Assembly (NCBI GenBank): GCA_036785375.1
Contig: JAWMAR010000415.1
Location: forward strand, 186,001-250,000
Direction: 5' to 3'
Source of the DNA: Leucoraja ocellata
Taxonomy: Eukaryota
DNA length: 64,000 bases
A program made the position numbers and the translations under genes. Below are positions 25,255 to 38,039 of the stretch, in pieces (position 1 is the stretch's first letter; each line of letters starts with the position of its first letter). The notes below the pieces were generated by a model. The model was not told where the DNA came from and searched no databases. It worked only from the letters and a program-made list of their open reading frames with translations.

Positions 25255-28200
25255 TATCATTAATGTTTTTTATCAAATAGACTTCATCGGAACCCAATCC
25301 TGTTATGTTCTAATTATAAAATATAAACATAACAACGCCAAGTTCTGATGAAGAGGCTTCAATCCAAAACTGTTTTTCCCTCCACAAGTGCTGCCTGGCC
25401 CTTTGAATGGTTCCAGATTTTCTTTTCGTTCATTTCAGATTTCTAGCAGCTTCGGTTTATGGATTTTGGTTAAGAAAGCAATCAAGAACAGTCTCATCCA
25501 ACTGGAAAGCAGAAGCTGGAGAAAGATAGTGTGGCCAACTGTGTCAAAGGCTACAGCAGGTTATGAAGCATGGCACAGATGTACAGAATGTCACTTGTGA
25601 CAATAATGAAGCTATTTGTTTGCAAGCATGTAGGCGTTGCTGGGACAAGGAATTAGCAATGAATGCACATTTAAAGACTGGAATGAATGGAAAGGTTGAA
25701 GTACGAACAGTTCCAAAAAATGAAGGAGTAGAGATGATAAGGGATTTATTCTTTGACGAGGATGGTCAGTGGAGAAGGAAATCACATGATCACTCTGGCA
25801 AGGGTACTGGGATCTGAAATGCACCACACATAAGTTAAACCCATTGTTATCCAGCCCTGTGTAGTTGAACTCTAGTAGTGCTGCTGCATTGCAGCAAGAA
25901 ACAATGTTGCCTTTGCCTATATCCGCTGCCAATCTCATCGTCTGACGCCAATTATATCATCATTGGTATTTCTCTTCAATATCTGCATAGATCCCTCTGT
26001 TCCTCTTTCTCTCACTCTCTCAAACAAATGAACACATCAGGGCTAATTCTACTAAAAATAGCATTCTCTCCAGAATTTATTGGAGGGAGTTCTAGTGGGG
26101 GTTGCATTTGTGAATAATTGGGACAGTGGCAATTATAAATGGAGAATTTGTTAAACAAATTCCAAATGGCCAGTTGACATGCAACATGCACAGACTAGTA
26201 CTAGTATTCACTGACAAATCAATTACTGAAGCGGTTTCTTACTAAAGCCACATATAAAGTGGAATTTGATGGATTTGTTTTGTGGAAAATCATCTGGTAG
26301 GATATATGGTGAAATTCCAGAAAACTCAACCCTTAAGTAGATAACATGATTGAATACAGTTTCATTGCATAAGCTGTAAAGTCTTGGCATGTTCAGTAAC
26401 TTCTATTCATAACAGGGAAATTAAAAATTAGTTGATTGCTTTCAAAATTGAGGCAAATTCTCCTGACCTTTGTCTTTATCTCCAGGGTGCATGCCTGCTC
26501 TCTCTCTTCTATCCTTTAGAGTCCCTGGGGTCTAGTGATTGCTATTTGCATAATGAATAGTGTCAGATAATGTCACATAGGTTCATGCTTAATTGGAAAT
26601 GAATAATTCCATAATTTCTGACATTCAGAATATGGAAGGTGCAGGCTTCAGTTTTTAATAATTTGAGGCTGAAAACAATAGCGGAGAGTAGCTGTGACGG
26701 TTTTCTTTGTATCAACTAGAAATTGCTTTTTACGGAAGCGCTGTTGGAGAATGTGCCATGGACTTTTCACTCTTCAGTGTATGGCAGGTTTTATGTTGCT
26801 GTGAACTGCCTTGAACCACGTTCCCATGTGGCAAGGAATGCCTGCAGCTCCACAGCAGACGGCAAATCCATACTGTCAGTATCCCAAAAGCGCATTCATA
26901 TGTTTGGGCTATGCTTAAGTCGTACGTTCATGAGCTGGGGAGGACCTGTAATTGTCATTTTGGCATCCTGAAGAAACCTGAAAGGATACACTGGGGAGGC
27001 TAATCAATTTGTCAAGCCATGAAACTAAATAGTGTACCAGAATAACATGGCCTTGTTATTAATGTAATCAACAGTTATGTTGCTTGCAAGTAATTATATA
27101 GTGAACTCATTCAGTCACGGTAAGGCTCACAGGGCTATCTTTTTCTTAACCATAACTTTGTTTTTCACTGACTTTGCAAAAGGAAGAAAGTGGAACTGAC
27201 AGAAATCACTTGAGGACTGCAGCATCATAAATAAATTATCACTGCATGGGTTGCAGTTATACTAGTGGTTTATGTAGCTTTTTAATCATTTTTTCCTGAA
27301 ATCTTGTTTCTAGAATCTGCGGAATTCATCACTGTACCAAAACAAAGGCGTAGAAATTGAATTGCTTAATACTGCTTGCTTCAGTGTTACATTATAGAAA
27401 AAGCACCATGGTATGAAACCATATTATTTTAATTCATTCGGGACATTTGAACAAGAATTTCACTGAATATGAAATTTGCATTTATGACATGACCTCTGCA
27501 TAAGCAGCTCATCAAATTGTAATATTTCCAATGCAAAACAAATGGTAGAGCTTTGTGGGAAACATTAGGATATTTATTTTTCTGGGAAAAAGTCTATATG
27601 CATTCATCCTATCTATTTCCCTCATGATTCTATGTTTCTAAGATCTCCCCCAGCCTCCTGTGGTCCAAGGAATAATGTCTGCCCAAATATAAATTTAATA
27701 AGCAGCACTTATTCTAGTAGTTGTATTGACTGCGAATCGTTGGTTTTGGAATCAGAATCATGCAGACAAGTTATCACTCGCAGTCCAGAACAACGCCTGG
27801 TGTTCCCCAATCAATGACAAGCGTCTCCATCCACAGCACGACCTGCAGGTTTCCTTTGGCACCAGCACATCGGATGTTGCATTTTAATTTGTCAACTTCT
27901 TTCTTGGTAGATTCCTTATCAGTAATTAATGATTATGAGCTGGACACGTCTGCACTATGTTTACACAAGGTCGCGACGGAATGTTACTACAGAATGTTTA
28001 CATTGTTATTCCTTGGTGACTGGTCACCCTCTATTTCCCATACCATCTCATTAATTCTTTCCTTTCAAGGAATCACTACTCAGTGTATTTACAACCTAAA
28101 CCTCCTCTTACACCAAACTATAGCTCAAGCCCTTGAGTCCTGACATCACTCTCAGATGGACACAAAATGCTGGAGTAACTCAGCGGGACGGGCAGCATCT

Positions 28201-28360
28201 CCTCATAAATTATTGATCCTCATATATCTTCTCTGCGCTCTGTCCAGCTTGATAACATCCTTCTTATAACAGGGTGTCCAAAATTTAACACAGCATTCCA
28301 AATGCGGGCTCACCAATGTCTTGTACAACTGTAACATAACGTCCCAAATTTTCTACTTAA

Positions 28361-28850
28361 TCTAGACACAAAAAGCTGGAGTAACTCAGTTGTTCAAGCA
28401 GCATCTCATGAGAAAAAGAACAGGTGATGTTTCGGGTCGAGACCCTTCTTAAGACTGAGAGTCGGGAAAGGGAAGCAAAGAGATATCGATGGTGATATAG
28501 CGAGATATAGAACAAATGAATAAAAGATATGCCAAAAAAAAAGTGACGATGATCAAGGAAGGTGGAGCCCACAAGGATCCATTGTTGGCTGTGGGATAGG
28601 TGATCACGAGTTATGCAGACAATGAAACTCAACAGGACGACAGTGAAACTAGTACGATGACTTGGGGGGAGGGGGGGAAACAGAGAGAGAGGGGATGCAA
28701 GGGTTACTTAAAGTGAGAGAAATCACAATTCACACCGCTGGGTCTGAAGAAGGGTCTCGACCCGAAACGTCGCCAATTCCTTCTCTCCGTAGATGCTGCC
28801 TCACCTACTGAGTTACTCCAACATTTTGTTCAACCACCGATGGGTTGTAA
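28361..28850. mobile_element. Penelope-like 3' fragment with inverted pseudo-LTR piece
   Basis: GACACAAAAAGCTGGAGTAACTCAG head, UTR shared with 5940-6290, and an inverted copy at 28742-28829. Confidence 0.7.
28744..28771 (+). ncRNA. Minimal hammerhead-ribozyme-like motif (Penelope type)
   Basis: CTGAAGA-A-GGGTC-TC-GACCC-GAAA-CGTC: CUGANGA core, stem II, GAAA and a GUC triplet. Confidence 0.55.
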
Positions 28851-30500
28851 CCTCTACTTTGTGCTCTGATTAATGAATGCCATCATCCCAAAAGCCTTCT
28901 TTACCACCCTATGTACTGGTGACGCTATTTTCAAGGAACTATGATCTCTCTACTTCCCAGAGACCTGCCATTTATTGTGAAAGTCCATTAAACTCCATTT
29001 GCTATTCCTCAGTGCACTTGCTCTGCTGACCGTGGTTGAGCAGCAACAGCTAGTTCATAAATTCATAGAATTATACATTATAGAATCAGGCCCTTTGACC
29101 CAACTGATCCATGCTAACCAAAGTACCTTGCTGACCTAGTCCCATTTGCTTGCATTTGGCCCATATCCCTCTCGAAAATGATGGAAGTACTCAGCAGGTA
29201 AGGCTGCTATGGGATTCAAAATAGAGTTAACATCTTGTGCCAAAGACGTTTTGTTAAAAATTGGAGTGAGACTAAAGAAGCTTGGTAAGCTGTAGTGATG
29301 GGAGTGGGGGAGTGGCATGCACCTAGCATTCTCTGTGTAACAGGTAACCTTGATTGTTTACCATTACCTTAATGACCCCAAGGAGTGCAAAGTTTGCTGA
29401 TGACATGACAGTAGGTGGGTGGGTGGGTATGTTGCAACTGGGGATATTTTTACTTTTGCACCAGGATATAGTTAGGTTGAACAAGGGGGAACATTCTTGG
29501 CCAACTGTGTTTAATGTATAAGGTTTTAATGAGAAATCTGAAGGCAGGATTGTATCTAAATGGAGAAAGATTGCAGAGCGAATTACAGAGGGATCTAGAT
29601 ATTTTTGTGCCTTATCACCAAATGTTAGTGGGCGGGTGCAGCTAATGTTTTGGAAGGCAAATAACATATTGGCCTTTATTGCCAGAGGGCTGCAATTTAT
29701 AAATAGGAAGTATTGTTACATCTGCACACAGTTGTGGTTCCCTTACTTAAGAAATGATGTACCAGCATTGGAATGAGTCCAAAAGGATTCACTAGGCCAA
29801 TTCCTGGAATGAGAGGGTTATCCTATCGTCATAGAAACATGGAAAAATACCGCACAGCAACAGGACCTTTGACTCATCATTTCTGCTTTGACCATAATGC
29901 CATTTGCCTGTCGATGGTCTGTATCCCTCAATTCCCTGTATTCATGTGCCTGTCTAAATGCTTCTAAAAAACACAAAGAGCTGGTGTAATCCAGCAGTAC
30001 GTTTCTAGTAAAGACCCTTCTTCAGACTAGTCTCGACCTGAAATGACACCCATTTCTTCTCTCCAGAGATGCTGCCTGTCCTGCTGAGTTAGTCCAGCTT
30101 TTTATGTCTTATCTTCGGTTTAAACCAGCCTCTGCAGTTCCTTCCTACACATAAATGTCTCTTAAATCTGAATATCATATCTGCTTATACCACCTCCACT
30201 GGAAGAGCATTCCAGGCCCCTTCCATTCTCTATATAAGAATAATTTGCCTCACAAATCTGCTTTGCACTCTATAATCCAGCAACAACCAGATGACATCTT
30301 CAGCATCTTCTCCAGAGCCTCCACGTCCTTTCTATGGTGTGACAAGCAGAACTGTGCACAATATAACCTAGCAAAGTTTAATGCAGCATTAGCATGACTT
30401 GCCAACTTTTATACTCAGTACCCTGCTTGATGAAGGCAAACACTTGATGCCTTCTATCTACCTGTGTTTCCACTTTCAGGGAGGTATGATCTTATACACA

Positions 30501-30712
30501 AGGGCCTGTCCTACTTGGTGATTTTTTTCGGCGACTGCCGGCAACATTGACTGACGTATCAGGTCACCAAAAAAATTGCGGCATGATTGGTGTTTTTTAA
30601 AGTGTCGCAACATTTTTTTGGCGTCGCTGGGTTTTGAAATGTTCAAAATCCTTTGGCGTCACTGATATAACGCCGGCAGTCGCCGAAAAAATCGCCAAGT
30701 GGGACAGGCCCT
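30501..30712. mobile_element. Harbinger-type MITE
   Basis: AGGGCCTGTCCTACTTGGTGATTTTT ... AAAAATCGCCAAGTGGGACAGGCCCT terminal inverted repeats. Confidence 0.8.
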
Positions 30713-31715
30713 GTAGATGCTGGAATCTCGAAGAGACTGGAGAATCTTTGGAATGATCTACCCCACCAAAGAGTCGCAGGCACAACAGGGGAATTTAAAG
30801 AGGATGCAGTTACATTTCTGAAACATTAGGACATTGAGAGGTGTAGACACCCAGCACTGAAGAGGAGATCAAGCCTGGGGCAAATTAACCAAGATCATGT
30901 TCAAAGGTGAATAGGAAAGAAAATACAGTATATTCTATGACAACAACTTGAATTTATAAAGTACCTTCCATAAAAATTCTCTTTCAGTAACTGTCTCTTA
31001 ATTTTTTTCTTTGATTCCTGTAAACTACTGCTTTATATTTTACTGTACGCCTGGAATTTTGGTATTCACTTTGAGCCGTTTCCATGGACTGCTGGTTTTA
31101 ATTTTGTGATATTTGCACTAAGCCTGCACATTGTTTATTGGAGTGTGTTGTTTCTGGAAGGTAGATAATGGATTACTCTCCACAGTTTCCAATGCCTTCT
31201 AGTCTTTAGTGCTCAAGGTTATTGTCTGAAGGATGTTTCAATCTGCCATCTACAGACTATACCATATGCAATAACATTAGTGAGAAGGAGCTAGAATGAT
31301 GGATAGTCTCTTCGAGTAATTAACCTTCATAGATCCAAGAACATTTGCACAGTATATATTCATTAACAATGTGCATCATTAAACCAAAATATACACTTCA
31401 AAATTTGTACAAAAAATTAACAAAAAATAGCCCTATAGTAGATAAATTCAATTATGGATGCTACTTGCTGACAACTTTAGTCTGTGGTGTTTTTGTACAC
31501 CTAATGTATATTGTGTAAAGAAATGCAATGAATAAGATAAGAGAGGAATGTTTAGAAGAGATTTGTGAGGACATTTTTTGTTAAACACAAAAGCTGGTAG
31601 GTATCTGGAATAGCCAGGGGAGGTGGTGGACGCAGATATGATTGCAATGTTTGAGAGGCATGTGAACAGGCAGGGAGTAGAAGGATACAGAGCATATACA
31701 GGAGGATGGGTTGAG

Positions 31716-34700
31716 ATTTTACTTCGGAGTCACGTGAGTGATTCCGTGAAGACCCCAGCCCAGTGCGCAGGTGCGGCATTATCGCACAGCTGTGCAACAC
31801 GCGGCCAGCGGGAGTCGGGCGCTCCCGCAACCAAGGACGTGATGTAAGTACTTACCTTAATCGGGCCTTGTGGTTTTTTGCTCCAGGGGGAGCAAAGCAG
31901 CAGAGGAAGCGGCCCCCGTTCGACTCCAGCGAAGGAACCGACAGTGGAGGGGGATAGGCGCAAACGGGACCGCACACGCTGCGGTCCCCTGACAGGGAGC
32001 TGCGCTGATGCCGGTCCGCTGAACAGCTGTTTGGTTAACAGCAGCGGACCGGAGGGAAATTAAAAAAACCCGACCGGCAGCCCTGCAGACTCCTGACAAG
32101 GAGAATCGCTGCCCGGGAACCGCTACAATGCCGCCTGAAAAACGGCAGGCAGCCTCTAAATACAGGTAAGGCAAAAACCTTACCAAATTTACAGGTTCTA
32201 TAGGAATCAACTTCCTCCAACACTGGAACAGGCTGGAGACAGCAAAAATAAGTATGTCTGTCTCCCCAAGCCAGAGGAGGTCATGGAGTTCAAAACCTCC
32301 AGGAAAAAAGGGGCACTGGCTGAATGCCAAGGGAGCTGACACTCCTACCCCAGTGCTATTGCACTAGCCATCTCCCTTGTCGAGGGATTGATGCAACAGC
32401 GGAGTTTGAGCTATGCCTCCTCCAATTTATAGCACACCCTTTTGCTCCCTCTTTTGAGGCTAGCTAAGGAGGCCAGGGCTGGGCTGGCTTAAACGCTGGG
32501 CAGGCGGACGAGAACAGCAGTATGCCAGGGGAGCAGGATCAGGAAGAGCTACTGGGTGTCGTGGGCCACTACATGGCTCCTCCACGCGACCATCTTCCCA
32601 AACAAAGGCCTGCAGGAGTAGGCCTTTCTAGAGGCAAATCCGCAGGCAGCTGGGTCAGCAGACTCGCAGACAAGAGCTAAAAGCAGCGAACTTTGAAGCT
32701 CCTAACAGAGGGTCAAGATGTCACCACCTTTGCTCGTTTTTTCCACGGATCATACTCACCTGGCAGGCGAGACGCCATGATCACCAAGGTGGTTCTCCCA
32801 GGATGAGACTATCCCGTTGCACTACGAGTGTGCTGACGCCTAAGATGTTCCCAAATTTGGGATACTCGACTGACATTTGTGCATATAAGACCTGCCTGCA
32901 ACCCCAAATATACGGGGCTATGCAAACCGCTGCTGCGGGAAGAGAGGCAGCTAAACCTGTGCGCCTCATGAGGGCAGGCCATGGAACGAGCAGGACATCG
33001 CATCCAACACCCAGCTGGCAGCACCCCTCGGCATCCACCAGCAATATCGAACAAGGACTGGTGAAAGCCTGGCGACCGCTTCACATTACCCCCAAAGTTC
33101 TTTTTAGACAGGGGCCCAGAGCGGAGCCGTGGGAAAATGCGCCGCCCCACCGACAGCACCAGCATACCAGCAAAACTAAGCCTTCATGAAAAAACAATAA
33201 ACATGGAGGTAGGTAGTCTGGTTCCTCCCAGTTTACACTAAATAAGGGTGTTCTACTAACTGCGGGGGGGGGCATTTACACTTATTGATAAAGCATGGGT
33301 GCTGTCACAAATAACTAAAATATACTCAACAGTATTAGTGGATAAAACTTGAATTCAAATTGGGGGATCATGGGAGTAAACATGAACCATTGGAATTTGT
33401 ATCGAATATATTCACCAAAACTACAAAAGATGGTGGATGTAGCATCATCATTGATCTAATATCACTAAATATATCTGTTGAATATATACACTTTAAGATG
33501 GAGACGGGTTTTTGTCACTGCCAGACATCTGATCTCCAAAGGATACCTATGGCGAGCATTGATATGGAAGATGCTAACTATCTTATACCCATACACTAGG
33601 ATCATTATAGATACCTAAAAAATTTTGCCTGGATAATGGATATCCCGGTTAGGGCAACTATGGGAGTATAGAGCATTCCCAATGGTCTAACCTCAGCCCT
33701 AAACTATTATAAATATTAAAAATGGCCATGAAAATATTAAGAAAACAAGCATAAACATGGCATATATTGGATGATATCCTCATATTAGGGGAAACAAAGG
33801 AATTAGCTGTGGCAGCAGTTCTAGCTACGAAACAGCTCCCTAAAGCTCTGAGGTTCATCCCACGCCCAGATAAACCAGAATTGAAGCCGTTAACTACCAT
33901 GGATTACCTGGGCTTCAATAACAATTCCATCCATATGACTGTTACTTTGCCAAGGTACTTGGGTCACTATAATCAAATCATGAATGTACCCACTGAAGCT
34001 ATATCACAATTACAGTGGTGGGCAGACATATATTTGGCATAGTTTTCAGCCCTATTATCATCACCAATCCCAACTTGGTTATTAAAAACCGATGCCAGTA
34101 CTTTAGGCTGGGGAGCAACTAAACTCCATATCCAGCACAGGTAACAGATGGACCAATTCAGAAACATCGTTACTACACACACCGGGCATCAACTACTTGG
34201 GATTGGTGATCGCCTATTGGGCTAAAAAGCATATGCATTTCAAATGCAGCACGTACATATGTGGTTACGGATTGATAATACTATGGTGGTGGCTTATATC
34301 AACCATATGGGGAGCATAATAATCATTATTGTGCAGCAAATTGGTCAAACAGATCTGGCAATGGTGTGTCAAAAGACATTTTAACTATCAGCTGCCTATT
34401 TCCTAGGAAGCTAGAACACAGTGGGAGACACCACGTCACGGGTAAAAATTTATGATAACATTGAATAGATGTAAAACCCAAAATATCTGCTAAAGGTATT
34501 AAGCAGTTTGAAAGCCAGATATCAATTTGGTTGCACAAGACGGAATCACCAGTAACCTATGTATGTGACTTAGGAACCAGATCAGAGGCAGCAGCGATAG
34601 ATGCCTACACGCTGGAAGGGGGAATTTCTGCTTTGCCTTCCTCCCTTCTGCCTCATCAGTCGGGCACTTCACAATACAGATGGAATCTGTCTCAGAGATA

Positions 34701-36416
34701 TTGAACGTGCCCGACCGGCCTACACAGCCATGGTTCCCAGTTCATCACGACATGGTGGGCAAGTCACCTATGGATTTCCCTAGTGGACCATGGTTGCTGA
34801 CTCAACCCAGTATCAGGCATAAGCCACCCATGCCAGAAAAACATCAAACTCCTGGGTGCAGGTTTTGAATAGACCTTACCAGGGACTGGGATTATCCAAA
34901 GGAACCATTACCACCATGTCGGCATCCCTGCGAACAGTCACCAAGATCTAACATGGGTAAAATACTGCCACGACGCAGGGACAACATACCAAACTATTCA
35001 ACCACTGACGTATTGGAGTTCCTGGAACATCTACACCATGACTAAAAGGTGAGTTACAGTGCCGTAAATACAGCATGGAGCACCTTGTCTGCTTATCTAA
35101 AACAGCAGGACAGCAGAGCATGGGATCCCATCCACTGAAGATAAACTTATGAAGGGCAACTATAATAATAAGCCCCAAAAACCCAGGTATACCCATGTAT
35201 GGGATATCGGTGTGATATTGACATATCTCAGAGAATGGCACCAGCCAGATCCCTCAGTCTTGCTCAATCTATGTTAAAAACGCTCATGCTTATGGCTCTT
35301 GTATACGCTCACAGAGTCCAGTCACTCCATAAAACTAGACTGGATAACATGGTGATTACCCCAGACGCATCACGTTCATCATTCTAGGTCTGGTAAAAAC
35401 CTAACTCGCAGGTATATGGGACTAGGCGAGATTATGAGTTCGGCACGGACTAGTAGGGTCGAGATGGCCTGTGTTTCCGTGCTGCAATTGTTATATGGTT
35501 ATATGGACCAGGAACGTCCTATTCACTGGTGGGATTCCGGGCCTACCCACCAGAGTCCAGGTTGAGTGTGGTGACCCATCTACTACAATATATAGACACA
35601 ACCCACAATCTTAGAGGGAGAGGAAAGCCTATGGGTCAACCACAGAAACCCCAAGACGGGGTACGAGCCAAACCACTCCAAGGTGGCTCAAACAGGTACT
35701 GAAAGCTGCCGGAATAGATAGTAATACATTTTAATCCCATTCCACTAGGGCAGCATTGATATCAGCGGCTGAACGAATGGACATCCCGGTTGACCACATT
35801 CTCAATACGGCAGAATGGTCAAGGGAACGACGTTCAGAACATTTTTTATTGTAAACCGTTGATAAGCCTTATTTAATTGCAGAAAGAATATTACAAACTG
35901 CAATATTAATTTAAGCTCAGGGGAGCTATTTATGTTGTTATTGTTAACAAATACCTTTCTGTTTCTTGTGAAAGCAGATCCATTGGTTGATTACGATAAC
36001 ACTTCCTCCCTCAAAAACTTCGGCAGTGAGTGAAATAAAAACTGTTACACGGTTTGAAATCACAGACCTTTGAAGTCTTCATGGAATCACTCACGTGACT
36101 CCGAAGTAAAATAGTAAGATTAAACGAGTACTTACCAGTATGAAGTTTGATCTGTATTTTATGAGGAGTTACGATGAGGGATTACGTGCCCTCCGCTCCC
36201 ACCCTCAATATATAGATCAAACTAATAAACTGATGTCTCATGATCTTTTACTATCTTACTTCAAATATTGTGTCTATCCTGTGATTTCACACCGCTGCTT
36301 CGAAGTATGCCGCACCTACGCACTGGGCTGGGGTCTTCACGTAATCCCTCATCGTAACTCCTCATAAAATACAGATCAAACTTCATACTGGTAAGTACTC
36401 GTTTAATCTTACTATT
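31716..36416 (+). mobile_element. Full-length, degenerate DIRS1-like tyrosine-recombinase retrotransposon (gag, RT/RNase H, methyltransferase-like, YR)
   Basis: Inverted termini plus an internal complementary region (about 36075-36188) matching both element ends; ATT trinucleotide at both junctions. RT motifs FKMET, SID..DA and LDDILI; RNase H KTDASTLGWGA and IDNTMVVAYINHMG; PPFCLI; YR LKTLMLMAL..RVQSL and HSTRAA. Confidence 0.93.
32752..32881 (+). pseudogene. U1 snRNA-derived fragment (5' end to about the Sm site, stem-loop IV missing)
   Basis: Ungapped match to vertebrate U1 over 121 nt (about 23 mismatches by hand): ATACTCACCTGGCAGG, GATCACCAAG (70K loop), TTGCACT (U1A loop), CCCAAAT..GGGATACTCGACTG, then ATTTGTG. 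Confidence 0.9.
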
Positions 36417-36660
36417 AAATTGGCATTATGGTGTGCGCAGACATGGTGAGCTGATCCAGTGCTCGGTTCCATATTTCTGTGTTTCGCAGACGAAACATCA
36501 TAACATTTATTCATTGAATTTAATTATTGCATTTTATAATATTTGTAAATATTTCTTGAAATCATTTGTTTCATGAAGTTAGATTTCTTCAGGAGTAGTT
36601 TCCTTTGGATAAGGTGAAAAATCCATATATTTTGCTGAGTGAGGAAGCTCTTCATTCAGA

Positions 36661-36965
36661 TTTAGTTTAGTTTAGAGACACGGTGTGGAAACAGGCCCTT
36701 CGCCCACCGAATCCACATCACCCACATACTAGCTCTATGTTATCCCAGTTTCGCATCCTACACACAAGGGACAACTTACAGAAGCCAATTAACCAACAAA
36801 CCTGCACGTCTTTGGAATGTGAGAGGAAACTGGAGCAACTGGAGAAAACCCACTCGGTCACAGGGAGAACATACAAACTCTGTACAGACAGCACCCGTAG
36901 TCAGGATCGAACCTGCATCTCTGGTGCTGTAAGGCAGCAACTCTACCACTGTGCCCCTGTGCCTC
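36661..36965 (-). mobile_element. HE1/V-SINE, near full length
   Basis: (TTTAG)n tail, V-domain CTGCACGTCTTTGGAATGTGAGAGGAAAC and tRNA head CAGGATCGAACC...CTCTACCACTGTGCC. A second partial copy lies at 37420-37612. Confidence 0.8.
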
Positions 36966-38039
36966 CATAAACAAAGAACTTCCTCTCAGATGCTCCAAGA
37001 ATCTCTGTGAATTGATCTGGCAATTTTATCCCCTGATTAATCTAATCTTCTCATGTGATCCACTATTATTACTGCCACTGACTTTGTTGGAGTCCTCGGC
37101 GGTTTTCATAATCATGGAGACAATCTCTTCATTTGTCATCAGTATTTCAATGAATCTATTCCACAAAAACCCATGATCAGTTAACGCCTTTTACATACTA
37201 TAACAATCCTGCTGTTTTTTTAGTTCACATCTGAAATTTAAAGCCATCAAAGTTCTCACACTTGGTAACATCAAGCATCATTCTTGTGGTTGCACCTCAT
37301 GCTACAAGTTATCTCTTGGTTCTTGACTGCATCAATGAAGTACAGGTGGGTGAACAAATATCCGTGGGAAAATCCTGGATGCTAGAGGTGCGTCCGGGCC
37401 GACCAGCGAGGATAGTGGATAGGACAATTTACAATTTTTACATAAGCCAATTAACCTACCAACTTGTATGTCTTTGGAATGTGGGAGGAAACCAGAGCAC
37501 CCAGAGAAAACCCACGTGATGACGGGGAGAACGTACAGACTCCATTCAGACAGCATCCGTAGTCAGGATCCAACCCGGGTCTCTGGCGCTGTTAGGCAGC
37601 AACTCTACAACTGTGTTTGTAAGAGTCACTGGAGACATGCCAAATTTCCTCAGTCCCTTCAGGTGTTGGTGTGCCTTTGTGGCTGTCACATCAACGTGGT
37701 TGTCCACCACAGATCATTGTTAATATTAACGTCAAGGAACTCGAAGCTCACAACCATTTCCACATCTGCATCATTAATGCCAATTAGGGCCATGCACTCC
37801 ACCATGCTTCCTGAAGTCAATAACTAGCTCCTTCATCTTGTTGACATTGAGGGAGATGATTGAGGGGTAATTTTCTCATCCAGGGTTTTCTTACCTTGCC
37901 ATCGTTATCATGGTTGCGAGAGAGACAGGATTAGCAGCTCCCGAGTCTGAAGAAAGGTTTCGGCCCAAAACGTTGCCTATTTCCTTCGCTCCATAGATGC
38001 TGCTGCACCCGCTGAGTTTCTCCAGCTTTTTGTGTACCT

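Noticed and set aside
32752-32881. Functional U1 snRNA gene
   Set aside because: Stem-loop IV is missing, the Sm site is degenerate, no PSE or 3' box is visible and both flanks are DIRS sequence.
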